Below are positions 30,201 to 39,784 of a DNA stretch of 64,000 nucleotides, one piece after another. Under the pieces are notes generated by a model. It was not told where the DNA came from and ran no database searches. It saw nothing but the letters and a program-made list of their open reading frames with translations. Both the position numbers and the translations under genes were made by a program. Source of the stretch: a candidate division FCPU426 bacterium (lineage in GTDB: Bacteria; Oederibacteriota; Muellerivitia; Muellerivitales; Muellerivitaceae); the NCBI GenBank assembly GCA_963771075.1, contig CAVYSE010000003.1, forward strand, positions 224,001 through 288,000, written 5' to 3'. Position 1 is the stretch's first letter. Every line of letters begins with the position of its first letter.

Positions 30201-30689
30201 GGCGGGGGTCAGTTCCAAGCCGCCCTGCAGATGGACCTACGCCTCAGCGACGCGGGTTCCACCTTCCGCCCATTTGGCGGCTTTCAATACGACCATCTCA
30301 CGGAAAATTCCTTTTCCGAAACCGGATCGGACAGTTTGGCCCTGTCACTTCCAGCTCTCGCCTATGATTCCGCCCGCGTATACGCGGGGTTGGAAGAAGC
30401 CTGGAAGTTCAGCCTGGGAGCCGACACCCAGCTTTCCCCCCGCCTTCACGCGACGATTAGCCAAGACCTCGCCAGCCTGAACCCCTCTCTCCGAACTGAT
30501 TTTGCAGGGGCACCGGATAACCCATTTTCAATCTCGGGTATCTCGCCGGATGGGACCAACTTTGGGATTGGGGGCGGCCTAAGCTTGGCCTTGGGCCCAG
30601 CGTTCAATTGTTTCGCCGACTTCGACGGACATTTCAGCTCAACCGGTAATTTAAGTACGATCAGCCTGGGGATGAATGTGGGGCTTTAA
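27234..30689 (+). CDS. Autotransporter (type Va) with Gly/Asn/Ser-rich passenger, probable adhesin
   Basis: Signal peptide, repeated GGNGG/GG.GG motifs, and a ~280-aa C-terminal beta-barrel (GFIGGYD, RPFGG.QY..L....FSETG); start uncertain. Confidence 0.85.
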   Translation: MKGRRPTLSQIQIQVHRSVILMVLMLWVGLIPSLFAQNIAFVTTNAGDESVTTFGGSLGYAVTALNATGNIGNIDFFSPNLSITLTQSLPALTESVSFIGTSPTIIGQTGAPAQLLFQDSFILTTGLTLETLASPVTGYDASVTASNWDITSGNFLNLNSGAGNDLTTIGGNAVTGYSGGTAAVTVNTWSLDSSAGVVVNGGNGGSLTDTSGSGDQGGYGGNALLTGNSITLNGASIFQITGGRGGTAADNGTGTPTGGLGGTSSIAFTSVGDNGSAMYINGGQGGLGSMGGDGGAVSLTFNSLTGTGGAIIQLTGGNGGAGAFSAGNGGIALVQGSSATFTGSNFYLKGGNGGDLTSSTGPSPALGGNGGDAELNLSSLSLDSSSYASLTGGNGGIGGSQNSVGQGGNGGNVVMNVGSMTTSNNMTFYISGGTGGADGNNASNGNGGAGGSAWVTLSSLTLGLNSNFNVNAGMGGAGSPGGSSGANGTCSVAITNLYGSGNINLTPANNGTLWLNSGLFSGNIATANLIQNSGSITLDGATNLSSGATFSGSLYGSGTISTTTASGTVQVGNGLYTGNLNAGNFLVSSSNFFTLNGTANVSTGAILNGFLILGNLGGNGVLQGSVSVAQGGGLIGYGTGSTVNGTVINSGLVACAYLPMTVTQFIQNPVGTLNIPIGPNNMSGLLRIANGAQLNGDLNPSYAGGNYGFRDQYQIISGAPVTGTFSQVQIFVPDMGGTVLYGADAVTLVLIQDHTPFGSYAINTNEMSVGSALEASLPTCSDAFLAKAIELNNLPSGQATALNQMGGVVYTALPEALIDQVQFEDGLIFNHLGTGASASPNLARLSLLGNSLGGYASSSSTPGSQTMASSSSVSPGGFWLETADSFGSSNATSQVSGFNLSNFGFIGGYDWYLDPAWTLGLLGGYLQTGVNPADGSATANISGTQFGLYGKGTFDNFDVALLGGYVADQFNVSRTVVLGSDVNNLNGSYGGGQFQAALQMDLRLSDAGSTFRPFGGFQYDHLTENSFSETGSDSLALSLPALAYDSARVYAGLEEAWKFSLGADTQLSPRLHATISQDLASLNPSLRTDFAGAPDNPFSISGISPDGTNFGIGGGLSLALGPAFNCFADFDGHFSSTGNLSTISLGMNVGL

Positions 30690-30950
30690 CGAAGAAAATT
30701 CCTCGCAACAACTGCTGAACGAAAAGGTAAAATCAACCCTTTCCCATATGGTAAAAGCTGTTCGTTTGTTGGGTTTCGAAATTGTCTTGGATAAACTAAG
30801 AGGATGTAACAACCGTTCAACACAGAGGCACAGTTAAGAACTTGAAGAAACCTGAAAATAAGCAGGAATAAAAAAACGCGTCTTTGTGGTTAAAAGGTTT
30901 TATTACCGTCCTCTATACACAACTTATTCTCACCCGCAGGGGAGTTTGAT

Positions 30951-31409
30951 ATGAATTTGCAACAGGGATGGATGGAGCAACGCAAGCATGAACGCGTGGG
31001 CACCTCCATTAAGGTTTCGTACCGTGCGCTCGATAGCAAAGAAAGCTATGAGGCCCTTTCCCACCACCATTACTCCGAAACAAAAGTGGAACACCTGCCT
31101 CATCTCGCCAGTAAATTTCATGTTTATCACGCGGTGACCAAGGATATTTCGGAAGGCGGCCTTTCCTTGATCGGGGACAACCCCTTCCTGGTGGGATCTC
31201 ATGTGGAGATCATCATGATTCTTCCACCCTATAACCGCCCCTTAACCCTCTTGGCGGAAGTGGTAAGAGCCGGGGAATTTTTTCAATCCGGCAAACCCGC
31301 CTACAATGCCGGGGTGAAGTTGGTGGCGGTAAACCAGGAAGACGTCAAAAAATTATCGCAATTCATTTTGGCTGAAAAACTCCGCCAACAAGGCACCACC
31401 CGAAGCTGA
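30951..31409 (+). CDS. PilZ-domain c-di-GMP receptor
   Basis: RKHER (RxxxR) and DISEGG (DxSxxG) motifs; GGAG RBS. Confidence 0.85.
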   Translation: MNLQQGWMEQRKHERVGTSIKVSYRALDSKESYEALSHHHYSETKVEHLPHLASKFHVYHAVTKDISEGGLSLIGDNPFLVGSHVEIIMILPPYNRPLTLLAEVVRAGEFFQSGKPAYNAGVKLVAVNQEDVKKLSQFILAEKLRQQGTTRS

Positions 31410-31528
31410 AGCTTTTCACACTAGCCAAGGCATCAAGAAAAACAAATAAATGATTCAGGTTTAAGCCCTTTTCTCCATTCCAGCTTTTCGTAGACCTGTG
31501 TGCCTGGGTGGTAGATATTCTTCGATGT

Positions 31529-32047
31529 TTATTTCTTATCCGGAATAAAACTCACCGCGGCGGAATTGATGCAATAGCGTAACCCCGAAGGCGCTGGTCC
31601 ATCCTCGAAAACATGGCCAAGGTGCCCCCCACAGCGGGGGCAAAGCACTTCCGTCCGATCCATCCCGAATGAATGGTCTTCCTGAGTGGCAATATTTTCG
31701 GGGTAAACCGGTCCGAAAAAGCTGGGCCAGCCTGTTCCCGAGTTGAACTTGGTTTTGGATTGGAAAAGCTCCAGGCCGCAACCCGCGCAGACGTAAAGTC
31801 CGTTGTCGTGGTTGTTCCAATAGAGGCCCGTGCAGGCCCTTTCTGTGTCATGACCCCGCAAGATGCTGTACTGCTCGGGCGTCAATATCTTTTTCCATTC
31901 CGCATCGGTCTTCACCACCTTATCGCCTTTGTATTTCCCCATATAGCACCTCACCTTTTCGATTGGTTCACTCTTCACCCTGGTCGAGAAAATAGCCGCA
32001 AAAAGGCCTAAAAGACAAGCCGCCACCACTGCTGATTTATTAGTCAT
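31529..32047 (-). CDS. msrB: Peptide-methionine (R)-S-oxide reductase
   Basis: GTGWPSF, GHLGHVF.DGP and RYCINS with two CxxC motifs; N-terminal signal-like segment. Confidence 0.95.
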   Translation of the reverse strand: MTNKSAVVAACLLGLFAAIFSTRVKSEPIEKVRCYMGKYKGDKVVKTDAEWKKILTPEQYSILRGHDTERACTGLYWNNHDNGLYVCAGCGLELFQSKTKFNSGTGWPSFFGPVYPENIATQEDHSFGMDRTEVLCPRCGGHLGHVFEDGPAPSGLRYCINSAAVSFIPDKK

Positions 32048-32175
32048 TGAACGCTCCCCTTTATGAACGGATTCAACTATCTAATACGTTGGGGAGGCGA
32101 AGCAAGGTTACATATAAATTTCCGAATTGCTTGTTCTTGGAGGGATTGAATAAATCTTGAACTTATGGCTTGAAA

Positions 32176-34434
32176 TTATTTCTTTATAATCCAATCGAGG
32201 CTTCTTCGTCCTGCGGGATGGTCCTTTGTGGCATCCTCATCCGGACCCAGGCTTGAGATTCGAATCCCCTGTCCCTCAGGATTAATTTGCAGTTCACCCT
32301 GATCCGCGAAGGGATCGACATAATCATCAGTGTTATTCTTTGGCAATTGATCCACGCTTGTTGGCCATTGGCCCTTTTTCTCGTGATAGATTCGGGCTTC
32401 GACCGAGGCGCGGGTCAGGCGACACCAAGCAATTGCTTCAAACGCTTTCGATTGCATTGAAAAAAGATTTAAAGATTTTTGCCAATAATGAATCATCCAT
32501 CTATTTTTTTCAAAATCCGTTTCGTAACTCTCAACGGCTTTCTTTTCTTGCGAATAAGGTAAATCCAATGCTTTTAACTGTTTAAGTTGGTTTTGATAAT
32601 AAAATGCATTATCAAGGTCCTTCAATGGTTTATAAACAAAACCCCAATCCTCAGTTTCAGCCCACCGCATTAAACCAAACGACTGAAATTGAACCGAATT
32701 ACAAAATTCCGTTTTGATGTTGTTGTCTTTTAATAACGGTAACAATTCACGTTTAATCAATTGAGGATCCATGGTCGCCAATAGGTCGGACGAATGCGAA
32801 AGCGCCATGCGATAAATCCCAATATCAATCATTTCACCAATAAAAAACTTTGTTTCTTGGGAAACCTTTCCCAAGAATAAAATTTTTTTTAAACTGCCTA
32901 AAGAGGCTTTGGAGTTCCCTTGTCGAGCGAGTAAATAGCTCTTGCAGAGGAACAATCTTCCCAAAGGCAAAAAGCCAGCAACTTTTGGAACTTCGATTTC
33001 ATACGACGGTTTGTGATTGAAATCGATGCCCCAATCGATCTTTTGGTTTTGAAATGCGGTTTCAACTAATTTAATACTGTCTTGGTGTGCCACGAGGAGA
33101 TTTAAGGCTAGTCCCGTATCCACTTGCGTCCATTTGTTATTTTGAAAATCTTCATAGATTCCCGTTAAAGTATCAAATTGGTTATTTGATTTGTAAAAGG
33201 GCTTATCCCAATCCGATTTTGTTTCTTGCCGGTAAATTAAACTTTTTGCCGAAGGAACTTCCTCGGCCTCTCGGAGATGGAAAGCTGCGTTTTCATTATT
33301 TGGAAAATGTACCGCATTCACTGGCATTTCCATGCTATATCCAGAAACTGAAATTTCTTTTTTAACTTTTGCCAAACGCACAGTACCCAAGAAATTGCAT
33401 AGATCCATAGCAATAAAAAATCCCGCAATTAAAGAAAAGAACATAAGAATCAATGCCGCAATTGGATGGGCCACCTCACGTGATATAACCTTTCGCATAA
33501 CAATCGATTCTCTTTTTACTGAAAACCAGAAACTAAGAGAAATGATCAGAACAAGGCCAATCCCAACTATCCATTCTTTAAATAGATAAACTTTAGCCTC
33601 TAAAAATGCAAACAGCATTATCCAAAGGGCGCCCGTCGCCCCCATGAGCCACAAATTTTTAGTCAACTTTTCTTGTGTTATGAAGATAGGCTTTTCCTGA
33701 GCAGGAGACCTCTCACCTTTTAACTTTTGCAAAGTAATAAAAATTTCAGGAAGTTGGCCATTCCAGCCAAAAAGACGGAATCTTTTATCGCCAAAGGCCG
33801 TTACCTTTACGAAAGATAAACGCGAAGCAGGATATAAAAAGTAGAAAAAACCCCATTGGATATCTTGGATTTCCTTCCAAGTAAATCGCGTGGAACAAAA
33901 GAGTGTTTTAAGTTTCAATTCGGTTTTATTAATTTCTAAAGTTCGGAACGGAAAAGACTTGAAGACACACGGCAAAAGCAGTCGCGGCCTCGTTTTCTTC
34001 CATTCTTTAAATATTCTTTCCCTGATTTCCTCAAAATCCGCCACACCCGGTCGTATCACAATTTTCTTTTTTCGAGAAAGATCAGAAATAAAAAGGGTAC
34101 CGGAACCCAAAATCTCCTTCACCTTCGCGACCTCTTCCCACTTCATTAGAAATCGGGTTTGATTTTCTTTGTTTAGCCCCATTCCCTCTGAATTTAAAAC
34201 TGTTTTATAACCTCGGTATTTAATGATGAATAAACAAATAAACAAAAATAGTACATCCATTGTTATCAATAAAAGGATTTGCAACTTATCCTTCATTTCA
34301 TATGTTTGCCAAGTTAACAAACCAGAGAACACCAAGACCAATGGAACGTAAATATAAAGCATGAACTTATCGAGGAAAGGCATATCCAGCGAGTAGGTTT
34401 TTTGATCAGCTACGGGAGCTTTTGGGGTTGGCAT
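32176..34434 (-). CDS. AT-rich multi-pass membrane hypothetical protein
   Basis: Long ORF with several transmembrane segments, two bacterial-PH-like segments (..W.E..), and a C-terminal G.WP...DPF...SLGPD pseudopilin-like tail. Confidence 0.7.
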   Translation of the reverse strand: MPTPKAPVADQKTYSLDMPFLDKFMLYIYVPLVLVFSGLLTWQTYEMKDKLQILLLITMDVLFLFICLFIIKYRGYKTVLNSEGMGLNKENQTRFLMKWEEVAKVKEILGSGTLFISDLSRKKKIVIRPGVADFEEIRERIFKEWKKTRPRLLLPCVFKSFPFRTLEINKTELKLKTLFCSTRFTWKEIQDIQWGFFYFLYPASRLSFVKVTAFGDKRFRLFGWNGQLPEIFITLQKLKGERSPAQEKPIFITQEKLTKNLWLMGATGALWIMLFAFLEAKVYLFKEWIVGIGLVLIISLSFWFSVKRESIVMRKVISREVAHPIAALILMFFSLIAGFFIAMDLCNFLGTVRLAKVKKEISVSGYSMEMPVNAVHFPNNENAAFHLREAEEVPSAKSLIYRQETKSDWDKPFYKSNNQFDTLTGIYEDFQNNKWTQVDTGLALNLLVAHQDSIKLVETAFQNQKIDWGIDFNHKPSYEIEVPKVAGFLPLGRLFLCKSYLLARQGNSKASLGSLKKILFLGKVSQETKFFIGEMIDIGIYRMALSHSSDLLATMDPQLIKRELLPLLKDNNIKTEFCNSVQFQSFGLMRWAETEDWGFVYKPLKDLDNAFYYQNQLKQLKALDLPYSQEKKAVESYETDFEKNRWMIHYWQKSLNLFSMQSKAFEAIAWCRLTRASVEARIYHEKKGQWPTSVDQLPKNNTDDYVDPFADQGELQINPEGQGIRISSLGPDEDATKDHPAGRRSLDWIIKK

Positions 34435-34630
34435 TACATCCCTTACAAAAATAAGTTCCGAAAAAAACAATCAATTAGGCACTAGTTTAATGTCTGATAT
34501 TTTTTTTGAATACCGAATCGTTACATACTCGTAATGTATAAAAACATTTTCTTTTACCAATTCTCTTAAATTAACCGAAAATCCAAGTAGAGATTGATTG
34601 AACCCTTATTGAAAAAATCGTTCTATTCGT

Positions 34631-34658
34631 TTGACAAATCCCATTAAAATGTTAATAT
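34631..34658 (+). promoter_or_regulatory. Putative sigma70 promoter of the GAF-GGDEF gene
   Basis: TTGACA-16 nt-TAATAT with an extended TGn, ~50 nt upstream of ATG 34710. Confidence 0.5.
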
Positions 34659-34709
34659 TTAATCGTTAAACCTTATAGGTTTTCCGATTACCTTCTGCTG
34701 GGGGTTTAT

Positions 34710-35870
34710 ATGGCTAACCGCCAACCTCAAAAGCAGAGTCTTCTGCAAAAGACCCTCCTCGAAAAGAAACTCCTTCATCAAGAAGTGCTCATGTACCAGC
34801 ACTTTTTGGAAGTGATTCGCAACGATAATTCCTTTGAAGATACACTCAAACTAATCATCACATCCGTAACGGAGGGGCTCGGTTATGACCGTGCCGGCAT
34901 ATTTCTCCCCAACTGGGACCGGATGGTGGTGGAACGGGTTTTGGGGATTGACCGTTTTGGCAAGTTTGAGGGAAAGGGTTCGGAATTCCCTCTCACACCC
35001 GGTAAAAGCGGGCATCCTTTTTCAGATCTCATTTTTGGCTTCGATAACGGATATTTCACAAACAATGTACGCCGAAACATTAGCCAGGCCGAATGGGAAA
35101 AAAGCTGGAAAAACAATATCGATCCTGGAGTCCTTTGCAACGCGGTAGTACCGATGACAGTGGAAAATAATAAAACCATCGGCATCCTAGCGGTGGATAC
35201 CCTATTCACCCAACACAAGTTGAAAAAATCCGACTTGATCGCCTTGAAGAATTTCGCGACCCAAGCCGGCCTAGTCATCGAATCATTCCGACTACACGAG
35301 CAGATCAAGGACCTGACCTTTAAAGACGGATTAACCGGAGCCTTCAACCGCAGGTATTTTGATAACTACTTCCCCAGGGAAGTGGACCGTTGCCGCCGTT
35401 ATAAGCGGGCCCTTAGCCTTATTTATGTGGACTTGGACCATTTCAAGCGGATCAACGACTTCTACGGCCACTTGGCCGGGGATGCGATCCTGAAGCATGT
35501 GGCCCACCAACTGGTCCTGGGCCTGCGCAATGTGGACCTGGTGGTAAGAATCGGCGGGGATGAATTCGCAGTGATCCTGCCAGAGGTGGGCCCGGCCGGT
35601 GTCAAAATAGTGGCTCAACGTCTCCACCAATCCATCGTTACCTCCCCTTCCCCAGTGGAAGGGATGCGTCAGGCGGATGAAAAGATAAAGGTCTGTCTTG
35701 GGATATCCACCTATCTTGAAACCATGAAAGACTATCAAGTGGTAATGAAAATGGCTGATGAAAGCCTTTACCGGGCCAAAACCCACGGTCGTAACCGGGT
35801 CGGAGAATTGGTTATGAACGCTTACGGAATGGACCCTTCCGGCCAACCTCAAACCGTTATTCCTCCTTAA
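34710..35870 (+). CDS. GAF-GGDEF diguanylate cyclase
   Basis: DGLTG.FNRRY, DLDHFKRIND.YGH..GD, RxxD I-site (RNVD) and RIGGDEF. Confidence 0.92.
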   Translation: MANRQPQKQSLLQKTLLEKKLLHQEVLMYQHFLEVIRNDNSFEDTLKLIITSVTEGLGYDRAGIFLPNWDRMVVERVLGIDRFGKFEGKGSEFPLTPGKSGHPFSDLIFGFDNGYFTNNVRRNISQAEWEKSWKNNIDPGVLCNAVVPMTVENNKTIGILAVDTLFTQHKLKKSDLIALKNFATQAGLVIESFRLHEQIKDLTFKDGLTGAFNRRYFDNYFPREVDRCRRYKRALSLIYVDLDHFKRINDFYGHLAGDAILKHVAHQLVLGLRNVDLVVRIGGDEFAVILPEVGPAGVKIVAQRLHQSIVTSPSPVEGMRQADEKIKVCLGISTYLETMKDYQVVMKMADESLYRAKTHGRNRVGELVMNAYGMDPSGQPQTVIPP

Positions 35871-35993
35871 ATCAGAGGGAGTATGATGGAAACAGTCTCA
35901 TTCTTTGATCTTAAACTCATAATTTTCTTAAAAACCGTGGTAATATTTGCCAAATGCCTTCCTTTAGTGCCTTAAAATTAACAAATTATTGAA

Positions 35994-38900
35994 ATGGACC
36001 ACATGATCAAACGTATTTACTTCATAAGCGCCTTGTTCTTTTCCGGGGTGGTATGTTTTTTCATTTCGGGTTTTAAATCTCCCCCTTCCCAACCCACGAT
36101 GGCTCAAAAAGCCTTGAAATCAAAATCTCATTCAACCACTAACCGGCCAATCCACATGGCCGCGAACTATGGCCAGCTTCCATTGGCTTTTGAGCCCAAC
36201 CAGGGCCAAACCGACGCTAAGGTTCATTTCTTGGCCAGGGGACAAGGCTATTCCCTTTTTATCACGGATGGGGAAGCGGTTCTGGTATTGAAAAAACCCT
36301 CCGGCATACCCACCCCCATTTTCAAGAACAAGGGGGCCAAAAGTTTTGCCATGCAACAGCCAACGGTCAAAAACTCAAACACAACACCGCCGACCGTTCT
36401 ACGCATGAAGCTGGAAGGCGCACAAGCGGCAAAAGCCTTTGAGGGCCAAAACAAACTTCCCGGAATCAGCAACTACTTTATCGGCAAGGATTCATCAAAG
36501 TGGATTCGTAAAATTCCGCAATATTCCAAGGTTCAAACCACCGGCATCTATCCCGGAGTGGATTTGGTCTATTACGGGAACCAAGGAAAATTGGAATACG
36601 ACTTCGTCGTAAACCCCGGGGCCGATCCCCAGTCGATCCATATGAAATTCGAGGGAGCTAAAGGCTCACGAATCAACAATCAAGGAGACTTGGAACTGGA
36701 TACGGCCCAGGGTCTCATTCGTTTCCAAGCGCCGACGATATATCAGGAGACACAGGGATACCGACAATCCGTGGAGGGCCACTACCGTCAGGACGCCACG
36801 GGAGCGATAAGCTTTGAAGTCAAAAAATACGACCATTCCCAACCCCTCATCATCGATCCTGTCCTAGACTATTCCACTTTCCTCGGAGGGACGAATTACG
36901 ATTTTGGAACCGCCATCGCCCTGGATTCAAACGACAACGCCTACATCACAGGGTATACTTATTCTGTTGATTTCCCGGTTTCCCCTGCGCCTTTTCAATC
37001 GACCTATACTTCTCAATACGGAGTTCCTAACGCATTTGTGGCAGAAATCAATTCAACCGGAACGGCCATGCTTTACGCCACCTACCTCGGTGGGACCTAT
37101 TGGGATTCCGGACAGTGCATCGCTGTTGACTCCAGTGGTGACGCTTACGTGGCGGGATACACCTATTCCCCTAATTTTCCCATACAGACTGTAATCCAAC
37201 CCAATTTCGGAGCCGCTGGGTTTTACACTCTTTTCAGCACAACCAACTGTTTTGTGACCGAATTGAATCCAACCGGTTCGGGACTGATTTACTCGACCTT
37301 TTTGGGTGGGTCAGTGGCGGATGGAGCCCAAGGTATTGCCTTGGATTCCGCCGGAAATGCCTATGTGACGGGATATACCCAATCACCTGACTTCTATACG
37401 GCCAATCCGATGCAACCTTCTTTAACCGGATTACAAAATAGCTTCGTTTCAAAGATTGGCCCTTCCGGCGCCGGACTGGTGTATTCCACCTATCTGGGCG
37501 GATCGGTCACTGATCAAGGTAACGCTATTGCCGTTGATCCTTCCGGAAACGCCTATGTAACAGGGTTCACTTACTCACCCGATTTTCCGGTTACGAACGC
37601 CATCCAATCAAACCTTGCAGGGACGGGTGTGTTAACTTTTGAGCAAACCTATAACGTCTTTGTCAGCGAGATTAATGCCGCAGGCTCATCGCTGGTATAC
37701 TCAACTTATTTGGGGGGGTCAAACCAAGATCGTGGCCAAGGCATCGCAGTGGATAGTTTGGGTGATGCCTATATCACAGGCATGACGAATTCCCCCGAAT
37801 TCCCCCTCCTTAACCCCTATCAGGGAAGCCTAAGCAACCCTTATGACAACGCTTTTGCCTGTGAAATCCAACCGGGGGGCGTAAGTTTCGTTTATTCCAC
37901 TTTCCTGGGGGGTAGTGGAACTTCTAACGGGGGATATAACTACGGCGATCTAGGCATGGCCATTGCGATTGATAACCAGGGTTACGCCTACATAGCTGGC
38001 ACCACAGGTTCAAGCAATTTCCCTCAGGTCAACTCTTTGCAAAGCAACACAAGCCCCAATTCCACAGCCTTTGTCACCCAAATCGAACCTGGGGGTGGGA
38101 ATCTCTTATATTCTACTTTTCTGGGCGGAAGCACTTACGATCAGGCCAATGGAATCGCAGTTGATAATAACGGCAACGCATTTATCTCAGGTTTTACCTG
38201 GTCGTCTGATTTCCCTGCCACCGTGACTCCTCCCCAGGGCGCCTTGGCGGGTCCTAATGATGCCTTTATCGCGGAAATTTCCCAGCCCCTTCCTCCAACC
38301 GCTACAACCACCTACACCTCAACGGATTCGCCCACCGTCACCGCCACATACACTTCAACGGAAACACCGACCGTGACTACCTCCTACACACTGACCGAAA
38401 CCCAGACCGAAACCTTTACGGAAACACTAACCGCCACCGCGTCTTCAACTCCCCCCTTCACATACACCCAGACCCCCACCTTTACTTTCACAAACACTTC
38501 CACCTCAACCTTCACGCCTACCCCGACATCGACTGAAACCTATACCTCCACCCCAACTTCCACACCTACCTCAACCGTCACTACCACGCCCACTTCAACC
38601 TCAACGCCTTCTTTCACATCCACCTTTACGGCGACTTCCACAAGAACGGCCACTTTCACCATCACTCCCACGCCCACCCCATCCATCACAAATACTCCCG
38701 TCATCAATACCGTGACTTTCGGCCCACCATACCCGGACCCGGTCACGGGCCCAGGTCCCCTTTATATTCCCATTCAAGCCCCCACCGGCTCCACCTTGGA
38801 AGTGACGGTCTTTACCGTCGCCTTCAGGAAAATTTTCGACCGAACCACAAATTTTCCCGGAAACAATTTCGCCTTCCCTTGGTACCCGAACGATAGTTAC

Positions 38901-38996
38901 GGCCAAATCGTGGCTAACGGCGTCTATTACGTCCGGGTTCAGGTGGAGGGTATCTATCCGGCCACTAAGATTTACAAGGTTCTTATCCTTCGTTAA
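35994..38996 (+). CDS. Secreted SBBP beta-propeller repeat protein + Thr/Pro linker + C-terminal sorting-like domain
   Basis: LPLAFEPNQGQ, LEYDF.V.PGADP and IIDP.L.YST; seven YST.LGG...IA.D..G.AY..G.T.S..FP repeats; TPT tract; C-terminal YPDP...NGVYY...KVLILR. Confidence 0.9.
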   Translation: MDHMIKRIYFISALFFSGVVCFFISGFKSPPSQPTMAQKALKSKSHSTTNRPIHMAANYGQLPLAFEPNQGQTDAKVHFLARGQGYSLFITDGEAVLVLKKPSGIPTPIFKNKGAKSFAMQQPTVKNSNTTPPTVLRMKLEGAQAAKAFEGQNKLPGISNYFIGKDSSKWIRKIPQYSKVQTTGIYPGVDLVYYGNQGKLEYDFVVNPGADPQSIHMKFEGAKGSRINNQGDLELDTAQGLIRFQAPTIYQETQGYRQSVEGHYRQDATGAISFEVKKYDHSQPLIIDPVLDYSTFLGGTNYDFGTAIALDSNDNAYITGYTYSVDFPVSPAPFQSTYTSQYGVPNAFVAEINSTGTAMLYATYLGGTYWDSGQCIAVDSSGDAYVAGYTYSPNFPIQTVIQPNFGAAGFYTLFSTTNCFVTELNPTGSGLIYSTFLGGSVADGAQGIALDSAGNAYVTGYTQSPDFYTANPMQPSLTGLQNSFVSKIGPSGAGLVYSTYLGGSVTDQGNAIAVDPSGNAYVTGFTYSPDFPVTNAIQSNLAGTGVLTFEQTYNVFVSEINAAGSSLVYSTYLGGSNQDRGQGIAVDSLGDAYITGMTNSPEFPLLNPYQGSLSNPYDNAFACEIQPGGVSFVYSTFLGGSGTSNGGYNYGDLGMAIAIDNQGYAYIAGTTGSSNFPQVNSLQSNTSPNSTAFVTQIEPGGGNLLYSTFLGGSTYDQANGIAVDNNGNAFISGFTWSSDFPATVTPPQGALAGPNDAFIAEISQPLPPTATTTYTSTDSPTVTATYTSTETPTVTTSYTLTETQTETFTETLTATASSTPPFTYTQTPTFTFTNTSTSTFTPTPTSTETYTSTPTSTPTSTVTTTPTSTSTPSFTSTFTATSTRTATFTITPTPTPSITNTPVINTVTFGPPYPDPVTGPGPLYIPIQAPTGSTLEVTVFTVAFRKIFDRTTNFPGNNFAFPWYPNDSYGQIVANGVYYVRVQVEGIYPATKIYKVLILR

Positions 38997-39010
38997 CCTT
39001 ACTTTCGGGT

Positions 39011-39047
39011 AAAAAAAAGGACCCCATCCAGGATGGGGTCCTTTTTT
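39011..39047. terminator. Bidirectional rho-independent terminator
   Basis: A8-GGACCCCATCC-A-GGATGGGGTCC-T6 between convergent genes. Confidence 0.85.
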
Positions 39048-39056
39048 ATGCTCGTC

Positions 39057-39686
39057 TTACTTTAAAAGGGTGGGGGTCGGTCCAGCCGCTGGGGTCGTTT
39101 CTGATAGCGCGGAGGCTGTTTTCTCGATTGGCTGGGCGGCTGCCTTTTTCTTCGCCCCTCCCACCAGGATAACCTTTTCCATCTTATCCCCGATTTGGAT
39201 CTGCTGGACCAAGTCCATCCCCTTCACGACCTGGCCAAACACGGCGTATTTACCGTCCAAGGCAGGCTGGTCCGCCAGGCAGATATAGAACTGACTCCCC
39301 GCGGAGTCGGGAACATTGGTACGGGCCATAGCGACCGCTCCCGTCACGTGTTTTTGGGTGTTGTTCACGCCATTCTCGGAAAACTCGCCCTTGATCGTAT
39401 AGCCGGGACCGCCGCTGCCATCGCCGTTCGGATCCCCGCCCTGCGCCACAAAACCCGGTACCACTCGGTGAAAGGTAAGACCGTTATAGAAACCCTTTTT
39501 CACCAGCTTGATGAAATTGGCCACGCTGAGAGGTGCGTCCTGGGGATAAAACTTGATCACAATTTCCCCGCCCTTGGCCAGTTTGATGATGGCCCGTTGG
39601 TCCGCCGAACCGTCACCTTTCGCCATTAGACCGGAGGCGGTCAGGCAAAATCCAAGCAATGCCGCTAGCATCAGTACTCGTTTCAT
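39057..39686 (-). CDS. Cyclophilin-type peptidyl-prolyl isomerase, exported
   Basis: FHRVVPGFVAQGGDP, AMAR...SAGSQFYI and LDGKYAVFG; signal peptide. Confidence 0.93.
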   Translation of the reverse strand: MKRVLMLAALLGFCLTASGLMAKGDGSADQRAIIKLAKGGEIVIKFYPQDAPLSVANFIKLVKKGFYNGLTFHRVVPGFVAQGGDPNGDGSGGPGYTIKGEFSENGVNNTQKHVTGAVAMARTNVPDSAGSQFYICLADQPALDGKYAVFGQVVKGMDLVQQIQIGDKMEKVILVGGAKKKAAAQPIEKTASALSETTPAAGPTPTLLK

Positions 39687-39784
39687 TGATTGACTCCAGA
39701 AAAATTGATAAAAGCTTTATCGCCCCAAAGGGCCCCCACAAGATAAAACAAAGGTGGGTATTCGGGAAGGGTTTAAAATCACAC

